This document shows positions 18,691 through 27,766 of a DNA stretch of 64,000 bases, one piece after another. The stretch lies in NCBI GenBank assembly GCA_041550515.1, contig JBFEOQ010000004.1:1190-65189 (forward strand), given 5' to 3'. The translations under genes and the position numbers were made by a program. Every line of letters starts with the position of its first letter. Within the stretch, counting starts at the first letter, position 1. This DNA is from Thermoplasmatota archaeon. GTDB lineage: Archaea; Thermoplasmatota; E2; DHVEG-1. The notes under the pieces are model-generated. The model saw only the letters and a list, made by a program, of their open reading frames with translations, did not search any database and had not been told where the DNA came from.

Positions 18691-20338
18691 AGTGAAATTG
18701 ATTGATGGCTACCCTGAATACATGAAGAAATCTATAAAACAGGTTGAGAAGAAACGTGAAAAAAATATGTCTGAACCTGTTAAACCAATGTCTCTTAAAG
18801 ACCGAGAAACGATGCTTACAAAATACCACCCAGATTATATGGAAGGGACTAAAAGAGAACTACGTGTCGGTATCGATAAAGGTCAATTGTTATACAACGG
18901 TCTGGTTGATCTCCTTGAAGCAAAACCCGTTTTAGATCCAAAAGATGTTGATCTTAGTAAAATCGATTATGATGTAGATTTGTTAATTATTGGTGGCGGT
19001 GGTGCTGGTACTGTTGCAGCATTATTTGCTTACGAATCTGGGGTGCTTTTAGACAAAATATTAATTGTTACTAAACTTCGTCATGGCGATGCCAATAGTA
19101 TGATGGCTCAGGGTGGCATTCAAGCAGCAGATCGTCCTGAAGACAACCCAGCTTTACATTATTTGGATATCTATGGTGGAGGGCATTTTACGAATAAACC
19201 TGAGCTTGCTCGTGCACTTGCACTTGATGCACCTGGAATAATTAAATGGCACGAGGAATTAGGAGTTATGTATGATCGCCATGAAGACGGTGAATTCCAA
19301 GAGTTATCTGGCGGTGGTACCTGTCGGAATCGTATGCACAGCTGCAAGGATTATTCTGGTATGGAAATTATGCGAAACATCCGGGATCAAGCTAGAAACT
19401 TGGAAATTCCTACTCTAGAGTTTTCTCCTGTTGCCGAGTTATTATTAGATGATAAAGGACAAGTTGCAGGTGGTATCGCATTCAATCTTGAAACATTTGA
19501 ATATTATGTAATACGCGCAAAAGCAACAATTCTTGCGACTGGTGGTAGTGGCAGATTACATTTAGCAAATTATCCAACAACAAACCACTATGGTGCCACT
19601 GGCGATGGATTAATTATGGCTTATCATGCAGGAGCAAATTTACTTGATTTAGATACAATTCAAATCCATCCAACAGGTGATGCATTTCCAGAACCTCTTG
19701 TTGGAATACTTTCAACAGAAAAAATCAGAGGATTAGGTGCAATACCAATAAACAAAAACGGTGATCCATTTGTTTTCCCACTTGAACCTCGTGATGTTGA
19801 GTCCGCATCTTTTATAAAAGAATGCAAAGAAAATCGTGGTATTGTTACACCAACAGGAATGCCAGGTGTGTGGCTTGATTCACCTATGATTAACATCATT
19901 CATGGTGAAGGAACAATAGAAACAAAACTAGCTGGTGAAGTTCGAAAGTTCAAGCGATTTGGAATCGATATGACAAAACAACCAATTTTGGTTTACCCTA
20001 CACTTCACTATCAGAATGGCGGAATTGAAATAAATGAAAAAACTGAGACAAGATTACCGGGATTGTTTGCAGCTGGAGAAGTTACAGGTGGCGTACATGG
20101 AAAAAACCGATTGATGGGAAATTCCCTGCTTGATTTCAATGTATTTGGTCGAAGATCTGGAATTTATGCGGCTAAATATATCAAAAAAGCTAAAGTTGGA
20201 AAATTAACACTTAATCATCTAGATAAATATAATAAAATGCTTGAGGAAGCAAAAATAAAACCAAAGAAAACAGCGCCGATAATTTTACCTGAATATCGTG
20301 GTGAAAAGACAATTGCTCGAGCATTGGATATATTCTAA
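18683..20338 (+). CDS. succinate dehydrogenase/fumarate reductase-type flavoprotein subunit (soluble)
   Basis: 551-aa ORF with the FAD motif LLIIGGGGAGTVAA, plus IQIHPTG and GLFAAGEVTGGVHGKNRLMGNSLLD. The track start is GTG 18683. The in-frame GTG at 18692 sits 8 nt after GGAGGTG and may be the real start. Confidence 0.8.
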   Translation: MLRVKLIDGYPEYMKKSIKQVEKKREKNMSEPVKPMSLKDRETMLTKYHPDYMEGTKRELRVGIDKGQLLYNGLVDLLEAKPVLDPKDVDLSKIDYDVDLLIIGGGGAGTVAALFAYESGVLLDKILIVTKLRHGDANSMMAQGGIQAADRPEDNPALHYLDIYGGGHFTNKPELARALALDAPGIIKWHEELGVMYDRHEDGEFQELSGGGTCRNRMHSCKDYSGMEIMRNIRDQARNLEIPTLEFSPVAELLLDDKGQVAGGIAFNLETFEYYVIRAKATILATGGSGRLHLANYPTTNHYGATGDGLIMAYHAGANLLDLDTIQIHPTGDAFPEPLVGILSTEKIRGLGAIPINKNGDPFVFPLEPRDVESASFIKECKENRGIVTPTGMPGVWLDSPMINIIHGEGTIETKLAGEVRKFKRFGIDMTKQPILVYPTLHYQNGGIEINEKTETRLPGLFAAGEVTGGVHGKNRLMGNSLLDFNVFGRRSGIYAAKYIKKAKVGKLTLNHLDKYNKMLEEAKIKPKKTAPIILPEYRGEKTIARALDIF

Positions 20339-20353
20339 AAATGGTGTAATAAA

Positions 20354-20614
20354 ATGATTGAAGTAAAAGACGACTGGTGTAAAGGATGCAACATCTGCAT
20401 AGATCGATGTCCCGTCGGTGCTTTGGAAGAATCTGATAGATTAAACAAAAAAGGGATTCGTCCACCTCAATTGAAAAAAGAAAATGAATGTAATTACTGC
20501 AGATACTGTGAGCTCATATGCCCAGATCTAGCACTGGCTGTAGTTGTAGATAAAGAAGTTAAAAAAGTTGAGAAAAAAATTCTACTAAGCCCGTTAGGAG
20601 GGAAAAAGAAATGA
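20354..20614 (+). CDS. korD: 2-oxoglutarate:ferredoxin oxidoreductase delta subunit (2x[4Fe-4S])
   Basis: 86 aa with CKGCNICIDRCP and CNYCRYCELICP. It is the first gene of a delta-alpha-beta-gamma operon. Confidence 0.75.
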   Translation: MIEVKDDWCKGCNICIDRCPVGALEESDRLNKKGIRPPQLKKENECNYCRYCELICPDLALAVVVDKEVKKVEKKILLSPLGGKKK

Positions 20615-21792
20615 AAGTTGAACGAGATCCTAAAAGGATACGCGAAGTTTTAGGAAAAAAAGTACAATTTATTCTAGGAGATATGGCCTGTGTTTATGGA
20701 GGACTTCTTGCAGGAGTCTCATTTTTTGGAGGATATCCAATAACTCCTGCGTCTGAAGTTGCTGAGGGAATGGCACGAAGGCTTCCAAGAATAGGTGGCA
20801 CATATATTCAGATGGAAGACGAAATTGGAAGTATTGCTGCAGTTATTGGTGCTGCATGGGGCGGGGCAAAATCAATGACAGCAACATCGGGTCCAGGTTT
20901 TTCTCTTATGATGGAAAACTATGGGTTTGCCTTTATGACTGAAACTCCTTGCGTAATAGTCAATGTTCAACGAACTGGCCCATCAACTGGACAACCAACA
21001 CTTGGAGCACAAGGTGATATGATGCAAGCTCGATGGGGGACACATGGTGATTATGAAGCCATTGCATTTGCACCAAGTACTGTTCAAGAATGTATGGATT
21101 TTACAATTGACGCATTTAATCTTTCAGAGAAATATCGCACCCCTACATTGGTAATGACTGATGGAGAAGTAGGACACCTTAGGGAGAGAATTGTTATTCC
21201 TGACGAAAAAGACTTGAAAATAATTGATAGAGTAACAGCAACAATTGATAAAAAGAAGTATATTCCATTCACTGAATCTCAAACTCGAAAAAGTAAGGTT
21301 CCTGATTTTGCAACTTTTGGTACAGGTTATCGTACATATGTTACAGGTCTTACTCATAACGAAAAAGGCTTTCCGGCAACGGATAAACAACCAGATCATG
21401 AACGACTTGTTAAAAGGATTACATCAAAAATCACTGATGATGCTGATAAACTTGTCATTGTAGAGACATTGAATCTTGATGATGCAGACATTGCTTTTGT
21501 AACATATGGTGCGACAGCTAGACCAGCGGAGTCAGCAATGGAAATAGGTAGAAAGAATGGTATAAAAGTTGGTCTTTTTCGTCTTAAACTTGTTTGGCCA
21601 TTCCCTGAAAAAGAGATAGCTAAACTGGCAAAAAAAGTAGATAAAATAATTGTGCCAGAAATGAACCTCGGTCAAATAGTCCATCCAGTTCGTGAGGCTG
21701 CTTGTGGTAATTGTGAAGTTATTTCAGCGCCAAAAATTGGTGGAGAAATGCACATTCCAAATGAACTTTTAAAATATCTGGAGGGAAAATAA
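20611..21792 (+). CDS. korA: 2-oxoglutarate:ferredoxin oxidoreductase alpha subunit
   Basis: 393 aa with GGYPITPASEV and MTATSGPGFSLM. The 2-oxoglutarate specificity is inferred from gene order and neighbourhood (Frd-like, SucCD), not proven. Confidence 0.8.
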   Translation: MKVERDPKRIREVLGKKVQFILGDMACVYGGLLAGVSFFGGYPITPASEVAEGMARRLPRIGGTYIQMEDEIGSIAAVIGAAWGGAKSMTATSGPGFSLMMENYGFAFMTETPCVIVNVQRTGPSTGQPTLGAQGDMMQARWGTHGDYEAIAFAPSTVQECMDFTIDAFNLSEKYRTPTLVMTDGEVGHLRERIVIPDEKDLKIIDRVTATIDKKKYIPFTESQTRKSKVPDFATFGTGYRTYVTGLTHNEKGFPATDKQPDHERLVKRITSKITDDADKLVIVETLNLDDADIAFVTYGATARPAESAMEIGRKNGIKVGLFRLKLVWPFPEKEIAKLAKKVDKIIVPEMNLGQIVHPVREAACGNCEVISAPKIGGEMHIPNELLKYLEGK

Positions 21793-21793
21793 G

Positions 21794-22684
21794 ATGGTAG
21801 AAATAAAAACCGCTGAGGAATTAAATAAAAAATTTCTCAGAGAGGGTATGTGGCCTACTATTTTCTGTAATGGTTGCGGCCATGGAGTGGTATTGGAATA
21901 CACTTTCTGGGCATTGGAAGAATTAGGTTGGGATATGAACAAAGTCATCTTTGCTTCAGGTATTGGATGTTCATCTAGGCTTCCGGGTTATATCAACGCA
22001 GATGGTTTGCATACAACACATGGAAGAGCAATTGCTTTTGCAACTGGTATAAAAGCAGCAAATCCTGATTTTAATATTATTGTTTTCACAGGTGATGGTG
22101 ATTGCTCAGGGATTGGTGGTAACCATTTTATTCATGCAGCCAGACGTAACATTGACATAACCGTTATTATGATTAATAATTTCATTTATGGAATGACCGG
22201 TGGTCAATTAGCACCAACAGCACCGCTTGGGAGTATTGCAACAACTGCTCCATATGGAAATATTGAGCATCCTTTTGATATATGTGAACTTGCAAAAGCC
22301 CTTGGTGCAAATTATGTAGCTAGATGGCCTGTTTCTCACCCGTATCAGCCTATAAAATCAGTAAAAGAAGGACTACAAAAGAAAGGTTTTTCCTTATTGG
22401 AGTTCCTTGCACCTTGCCCAACAGCATATGGACGACGAAACAAACTTGGAGATATCAAAAAACATTGGGCTTGGTATGACGATAACACCATCTTGATCGA
22501 GGATTATCAAAAAATTATGAACTATGGATCTGAAAAAGAAAAAGAACAAATAAAAGACAAAATGCAAATCGGTGTTTTCCAAGATATCCAGAAATCTGGA
22601 TTTTTTGAAGAATATGAAAAACTTGTGGATAGATTACAATCAAAAGAAAAAAAATCAGATAAAGCCAAAGGAGATAAAAAATGA
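21794..22684 (+). CDS. korB: 2-oxoglutarate:ferredoxin oxidoreductase beta subunit (TPP)
   Basis: 296 aa with FCNGCGHG and the TPP motif FTGDGDCSGIGGNH. Confidence 0.8.
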   Translation: MVEIKTAEELNKKFLREGMWPTIFCNGCGHGVVLEYTFWALEELGWDMNKVIFASGIGCSSRLPGYINADGLHTTHGRAIAFATGIKAANPDFNIIVFTGDGDCSGIGGNHFIHAARRNIDITVIMINNFIYGMTGGQLAPTAPLGSIATTAPYGNIEHPFDICELAKALGANYVARWPVSHPYQPIKSVKEGLQKKGFSLLEFLAPCPTAYGRRNKLGDIKKHWAWYDDNTILIEDYQKIMNYGSEKEKEQIKDKMQIGVFQDIQKSGFFEEYEKLVDRLQSKEKKSDKAKGDKK

Positions 22685-23223
22685 AAAAAGAAATTAGAAT
22701 CTGCGGTTTCGGAGGACAGGGAGTAATTCTTTCAGGTTTTATTATTGGAAAAGCCGCCTCGGTTTTTATGGATTATAACGCAGTACAGAGCCAATCTTAT
22801 GGGCCAGAAGCTCGTGGCGGAGCTGCTCGATCAGAAGTAATTGTATCTGATGAAAAAATTGGATATCCTCGGCCTCTTGGTGTTGATCTTCTTGTTGCTA
22901 TGTCACAGGAATCGTTTGATTCCTACCGTCATGATGTTACTAAGAATACCAAAATTGTTGTTGATCCAGATCTAGTAAAAAAACATGACATTGGTCAACC
23001 GGTTTACAAAGTTCATGCTCAACAAATAGCTGAAAGCCTGGGAAACAAAATTGTTACAAATATTGTAATGGTAGGAGCATCAATGGCGATATTTGGATTA
23101 TTAGATTTGGAAGCAGTCAAAAAATCTGTTCTTGATAGTGTCCCAAAAAGGTTTATTGATCTTAACGAAAAAGCTTTTGAAAAAGGAGTTGAGGCCGGGA
23201 AGAATGCCCTTAAAGACGTATAA
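22681..23223 (+). CDS. korG: 2-oxoglutarate:ferredoxin oxidoreductase gamma subunit
   Basis: 180 aa with the CGFGGQGVILSG motif. It has a 4-nt ATGA overlap with korB. Confidence 0.8.
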   Translation: MKKEIRICGFGGQGVILSGFIIGKAASVFMDYNAVQSQSYGPEARGGAARSEVIVSDEKIGYPRPLGVDLLVAMSQESFDSYRHDVTKNTKIVVDPDLVKKHDIGQPVYKVHAQQIAESLGNKIVTNIVMVGASMAIFGLLDLEAVKKSVLDSVPKRFIDLNEKAFEKGVEAGKNALKDV

Positions 23224-26200
23224 TAAGAAAATAGACCATGGTCTTGGTATTCCCCTAGAGGATGATTATTTCTATGATGAACCAGAAGAAATTATAGAAA
23301 ACAAAGAAGCACCACAACTTGAAAGTATAATCAAAACTTTAACTCAAAGAGCTGAAAAAGTAAAAAAACGTGTTATTGACACCGATGTTCTTATCGTAGG
23401 AGCCGGAATTTCTGGGATGCAAGCAGCACTTGACATTGCAGACAAGGGATATAAAGTTGTAATAATCGACAAAACATCAACTATTGGCGGAGCGATGGTA
23501 AAACTTGATAAAACATTTCCCACAAATGATTGTTCGATTTGTACAGCTGCACCTAAAATGGTTGAACTTTCACGTCATCCAAATATTGAACTTATCACAT
23601 ATGCAGGAATAAACAGTCTTGATGGTAAGCCTGGTAAATTCAAAGCAAGCATTTGGCGAAAAAGCAAATATGTTGATCCTGATAAATGTACAGGATGTGA
23701 TGACTGTGCAGAAGTTTGTCCGGTTGATGTTGTAAATCCTTTTGATGAAAAACTTTCAACAAGAAAAGCAATCTATATTGAATTTCCACAAGCTGTACCA
23801 ATTATCTACACAATCGATTATGACAACTGTATTGGTTGTGGTTCATGTGACCGAGTCTGCGAACCAGAAGCTATTTCATTTTTAGAAAAATCTGAAGATA
23901 TCCAGGTAAACGCCGGAAGTGTAATTCTTGCAACTGGCTTTGAACTATTTGAACCAATTGAAATGCGCAAGGAATATGGTTACGGAAAATATGACAATGT
24001 AATTACTGCGCTTCAATTCGAGAGAATTCTTTCATCATTTGGTCCTACTGAAGGAAAAGTTAAACGTCCATCAGATGCAAAAACGCCGAAGAGTATCGGT
24101 TGGATTCAATGTGTAGGATCGCGCAGTGAGCAACAAGGTTTTCCATATTGTTCACGAGTATGTTGTATGTATGCAACAAAAGAAGCATCAATTGCTAAAG
24201 AAGCAAACCCGAATATAGATATTAATATCTATTATATGGATATACGCGCGTATGGTAAAGACTTCCAGCAATACTATGATCATGCCAAAGACTTAGGAAT
24301 AAAATACATTCGCGGAAGACCTTCATCTGTTTATGAAAATAAGGATAAAAGCATCACTATTAAATACAAAGATACACTCACAGGGGAAGTAAAAGAAGAT
24401 ACAGTAGATATGCTTGTTTTATCAACTGCGATAAAACCAAATGAGGAAAACAAAAGACTAGGGGAAGCTCTTGGAATTGAAGTAGATGAAAATGGTTTCT
24501 TTAAACAACAAGACCTATTAACTGATCCAATTCAATCTTCCAGAGATGGAGTATTTCTTGCAGGTTGTATTCAAGGTCCAAAGGATATTCCTGATAGCGT
24601 ATCAATGGCTAGCGGGGCTGCAGCAAAAGCAGTAGCACCAATAAAGGATCATGAGAAACACATTGGTAAGGAATTTCCACCAGAAAAAAATGTTGCTGGT
24701 GAGAAACCTCGTATTGGTGTGTTTGTTTGTCATTGTGGTAAAAACATAGCAAATTATCTTGATGTTAAAAAGGTAACTGAGGAGACAAAAAAACTTCCAA
24801 ACGTTGAACATGCTGAGCACATTATGTTTGTTTGTTCTGAGGATAGCTGTAAAAAAATCAAGGAAGCAATTGAACAGAAAAAACTGAACAGAATTATTGT
24901 TGCTGCTTGCTCACCACGTACTCATGGTGGTCTATTTATGGATACTCTCATGGAGGCAGGTTTGAACAAGTATCTTTTTGAAATGGCAAACATCCGTAAT
25001 CATTGTTCATGGGTTCATTCAGATGATTGGGATGCAGCCACAGATAAAGCGATAAAGCTAGTTAGATCATCAGTTGCAAAATCAAGAGGACTGGAAGCAC
25101 TTTCAGAAGAAGAATTTTCAGTTTACCCTGCCACTTTAATTATTGGTGGCGGAATATCTGGAATGAAAGCTTCACTTGCCCTTGCTGATATGGGTATTAA
25201 ATCTATTATTATAGAAAAAGAAAAACAACTTGGTGGGAGACTCACAAATCTTCATTCAATGTTTCCATCTGATAAAAAAACTGAAGACATTCTTAACCCT
25301 ATAATTAACAAAATTAAAAAGAACAAGTTAATCTCGGTTATGACTGACTCAGAGCTTGACGAACTTGAAGGATACATTGGAAATTACAAAGGAAAAATCA
25401 AACAAAAAGGAAAAACCAAAGAAATTGAATTTGGAACAATAATAGTGGCAACAGGTTTTAGAGAAATTGATTTAAAAGGCAGATATGAGTATGGTAAAAA
25501 CGAAAACATACTTTCTCAAACTGAACTTGAAACAAAACTAAAAACTAACAAGTTAAAGGAACCAAAAAATGTAGTAATCATTAACTGTGCAGGCGCAATG
25601 GATGAAGAGCGCCCCTATTGTTGCAGAGTTGGTTGCGGGGTAGCTATAAAAAATGCAAAACTTATAAGCCAAAAATATCCGAAATCCAAAATTTACATGC
25701 TATATCGTGATATGAGAGTTTTTGGAAAAGAGGAAGAAGAATATTATGCTGATGTTTTAAAGAAACATCATGTAACAATGATTCGTTATCCAGGTGATAA
25801 AAAACCTGAGGTAATTCTTAATAAAAAAGATCCTAAAAAGGGTTCTGTATCTGTAATGGTTTATGATGATATTCTCAACGAAGAAATGATACTACCTGCT
25901 GATTTATTGGTTTTAACTGTGAACACTGAAGGCGGAGCAGAAACTGAGAAACTTAAAAATATGTTGAAAGTGCCTGTTGACTCTGCTGGTTTCTTTATAG
26001 AAACACATGCAAAAATCAAACCACTTGATTTCTCAACATCTGGTGTTTACATGTGCGGTGCAGCACATTATCCAAAAAATCTCGTTGATTCAATTGCACA
26101 AGCAGAGGGAGCTGCATCTCGTGCAGCAATTCCAATTGCTCAAGAAAGAATGAAAGGAGAAGGAATTGTCTCAGAGGTTATTGAAGATCTTTGTAGAGGC

Positions 26201-26419
26201 TGTGGACTTTGTGAATCAGCATGTGCTTATTCAGCAATTGAAATGAAGCCTAATCCCAAAGATCCAAGTAGATTAATTGCAGAAGTAAATAGAGCATTGT
26301 GTAAAGGTTGTGGTTCATGTGCAGCAGCATGCTTGTCAAGTGCTATTGAACAAAAGGGTTACAAGAGCAAACAGATAAATGTAATGATTGCAGCACTCTG
26401 TGAAAAGGGAGGCAGCTAG
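23204..26419 (+). CDS. hdrA: tandem-fused double HdrA (two heterodisulfide reductase subunit A-like FAD modules in one polypeptide)
   Basis: About 1071 aa from ATG 23204. The track ORF from 23132 overlaps korG. Module 1 has VLIVGAGISGMQAA, LDKTFPTNDCSIC, CTGCDDCAEVCP/CIGCGSCDRVCEP and CVGSRS..YCSRVCCMYA. Module 2 has IGVFVCHCGKNIA, LIIGGGISGMKASLA, PYCCRVGCG and CRGCGLCESACA/CKGCGSCAAACL. Confidence 0.85.
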   Translation: MPLKTYNKKIDHGLGIPLEDDYFYDEPEEIIENKEAPQLESIIKTLTQRAEKVKKRVIDTDVLIVGAGISGMQAALDIADKGYKVVIIDKTSTIGGAMVKLDKTFPTNDCSICTAAPKMVELSRHPNIELITYAGINSLDGKPGKFKASIWRKSKYVDPDKCTGCDDCAEVCPVDVVNPFDEKLSTRKAIYIEFPQAVPIIYTIDYDNCIGCGSCDRVCEPEAISFLEKSEDIQVNAGSVILATGFELFEPIEMRKEYGYGKYDNVITALQFERILSSFGPTEGKVKRPSDAKTPKSIGWIQCVGSRSEQQGFPYCSRVCCMYATKEASIAKEANPNIDINIYYMDIRAYGKDFQQYYDHAKDLGIKYIRGRPSSVYENKDKSITIKYKDTLTGEVKEDTVDMLVLSTAIKPNEENKRLGEALGIEVDENGFFKQQDLLTDPIQSSRDGVFLAGCIQGPKDIPDSVSMASGAAAKAVAPIKDHEKHIGKEFPPEKNVAGEKPRIGVFVCHCGKNIANYLDVKKVTEETKKLPNVEHAEHIMFVCSEDSCKKIKEAIEQKKLNRIIVAACSPRTHGGLFMDTLMEAGLNKYLFEMANIRNHCSWVHSDDWDAATDKAIKLVRSSVAKSRGLEALSEEEFSVYPATLIIGGGISGMKASLALADMGIKSIIIEKEKQLGGRLTNLHSMFPSDKKTEDILNPIINKIKKNKLISVMTDSELDELEGYIGNYKGKIKQKGKTKEIEFGTIIVATGFREIDLKGRYEYGKNENILSQTELETKLKTNKLKEPKNVVIINCAGAMDEERPYCCRVGCGVAIKNAKLISQKYPKSKIYMLYRDMRVFGKEEEEYYADVLKKHHVTMIRYPGDKKPEVILNKKDPKKGSVSVMVYDDILNEEMILPADLLVLTVNTEGGAETEKLKNMLKVPVDSAGFFIETHAKIKPLDFSTSGVYMCGAAHYPKNLVDSIAQAEGAASRAAIPIAQERMKGEGIVSEVIEDLCRGCGLCESACAYSAIEMKPNPKDPSRLIAEVNRALCKGCGSCAAACLSSAIEQKGYKSKQINVMIAALCEKGGS

Positions 26420-26845
26420 ATGGGTAAAAAAGTGGAAGGGAACCTTGATTTAAAATCACTGCAACTCAAAAAAGGGGAACTCCTTCAAGAAGTGGAAGAT
26501 TTGTGTGGAGAAAATCTTTTTGGTTGCTACCAGTGTGGAACTTGCACCGCTGGTTGCCCATTCATTGATGAAATGGATCTTTCTCCAGATGAAGTAATTA
26601 GATATGTAATATTAGATAGAAAGGAAGTTCTTAACTCAAAGACGATTTGGCTTTGTGCATCATGTTTTACATGTGCTGAGCGTTGCCCTCGTGATATTAA
26701 TATTACAAAGATTATGGAGGCTCTTCGTCAAATTATTCTTAGGAAAAAAATTGATAAAACAGATTTAAAGAAATTCTCAAAAGATGAAAAAGAAACAATA
26801 CCACAAATGGCATTTGTAAGCCTATTTAGAAAAAATATAGGGTAA
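26420..26845 (+). CDS. hdrC: heterodisulfide reductase subunit C
   Basis: 141 aa with CYQCGTCTAGCP and CASCFTCAERCP. The ATG directly follows the hdrA stop. Confidence 0.85.
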   Translation: MGKKVEGNLDLKSLQLKKGELLQEVEDLCGENLFGCYQCGTCTAGCPFIDEMDLSPDEVIRYVILDRKEVLNSKTIWLCASCFTCAERCPRDINITKIMEALRQIILRKKIDKTDLKKFSKDEKETIPQMAFVSLFRKNIG

Positions 26846-26850
26846 AAAAT

Positions 26851-27732
26851 ATGAAACTACTATACTACCCCGGTTGTACCCTCAAGACATCTGCAAAAAA
26901 TCTTGAGAAATCAGCTTTTGCTATAGCAGAAAAACTTGGTCACGAAATGGTTGAAATGGAGGATTGGACCTGCTGTGGCGTAGTTGCATCTTTAACCGAT
27001 GATGATCTGATGCATCATCTTGCACCACTTAGAAACCTGATACATGCTGAAGATGAAGGGGAAGAAACAATTGTTACACTATGTGATATGTGTTGCAACA
27101 CTTTAAAACAAACCAATCTCAGAGTAAAGGAGATTCCTGACGATCTTGAAACATTAAACTTATTCATGGATCGGGAAAATGATTACAAGGGAACAATCAA
27201 AATCATGCATTTCCTAGAGTTCTTACGTGATGAAGTTGGATTTAAAACTATTAAAAAAATGGTAAAAAATCCGCTCAAAGCCATGAAAATAATGCCTTAT
27301 TATGGATGTATGATGCTTCGTCCAAGGGAAGTAGCAATAGATGATGCAGAAGAACCAACAATAATGCAAGATCTTTTAAAGGCTCTTGGTGCAGAAGTAA
27401 TTGATAATCCTTTCAAAATTGAATGTTGTGGTTCATATCATACTATTGAAGACAAAAAACTTGTCTCAAATAGAGCAAATAAGATAACAAATTATGCAAT
27501 TGATCGCGGTAGCGATGCGATAATGCTATCTTGTCCTTTGTGTCGTTTCAATTTGGATGTTCGAGGAAAAGAAGCTGAGAAAATATATAACAATTATAAA
27601 CAGCTTCCGGTCTACTATTACACCCAACTTATAGCAGTTGCGTTGGGCTTGGATCCCAAAGTTTATGGATTTGATGAACATGCGGTGGATCCTGTCCTTT
27701 TGTTAAAGAAAAAGGGGGTATTTGAGAAATAA
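26851..27732 (+). CDS. hdrB: heterodisulfide reductase subunit B (two CCG domains)
   Basis: 293 aa with CCG motifs DWTCCGVV and IECCGSYH, plus YYPGC and YYGCM. Confidence 0.85.
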   Translation: MKLLYYPGCTLKTSAKNLEKSAFAIAEKLGHEMVEMEDWTCCGVVASLTDDDLMHHLAPLRNLIHAEDEGEETIVTLCDMCCNTLKQTNLRVKEIPDDLETLNLFMDRENDYKGTIKIMHFLEFLRDEVGFKTIKKMVKNPLKAMKIMPYYGCMMLRPREVAIDDAEEPTIMQDLLKALGAEVIDNPFKIECCGSYHTIEDKKLVSNRANKITNYAIDRGSDAIMLSCPLCRFNLDVRGKEAEKIYNNYKQLPVYYYTQLIAVALGLDPKVYGFDEHAVDPVLLLKKKGVFEK

Positions 27733-27766
27733 AGTAGATTAAAATCAAATAGAAATTGGTGAATAT

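Noticed and set aside
23132-23203. Upstream-extended starts in the ORF track for hdrA-hdrA (23132), hdrA::gltD (36317), glcF-like (41972), hjc-like (2047) and the FAD oxidoreductase (45914).
   Set aside because: The extensions overlap the preceding gene in another frame and encode non-homologous sequence. Internal ATGs (23204, 36413, 42032, 2125, 45890) coincide with the start of family homology and with stop/start coupling or a GGAGG-like motif.
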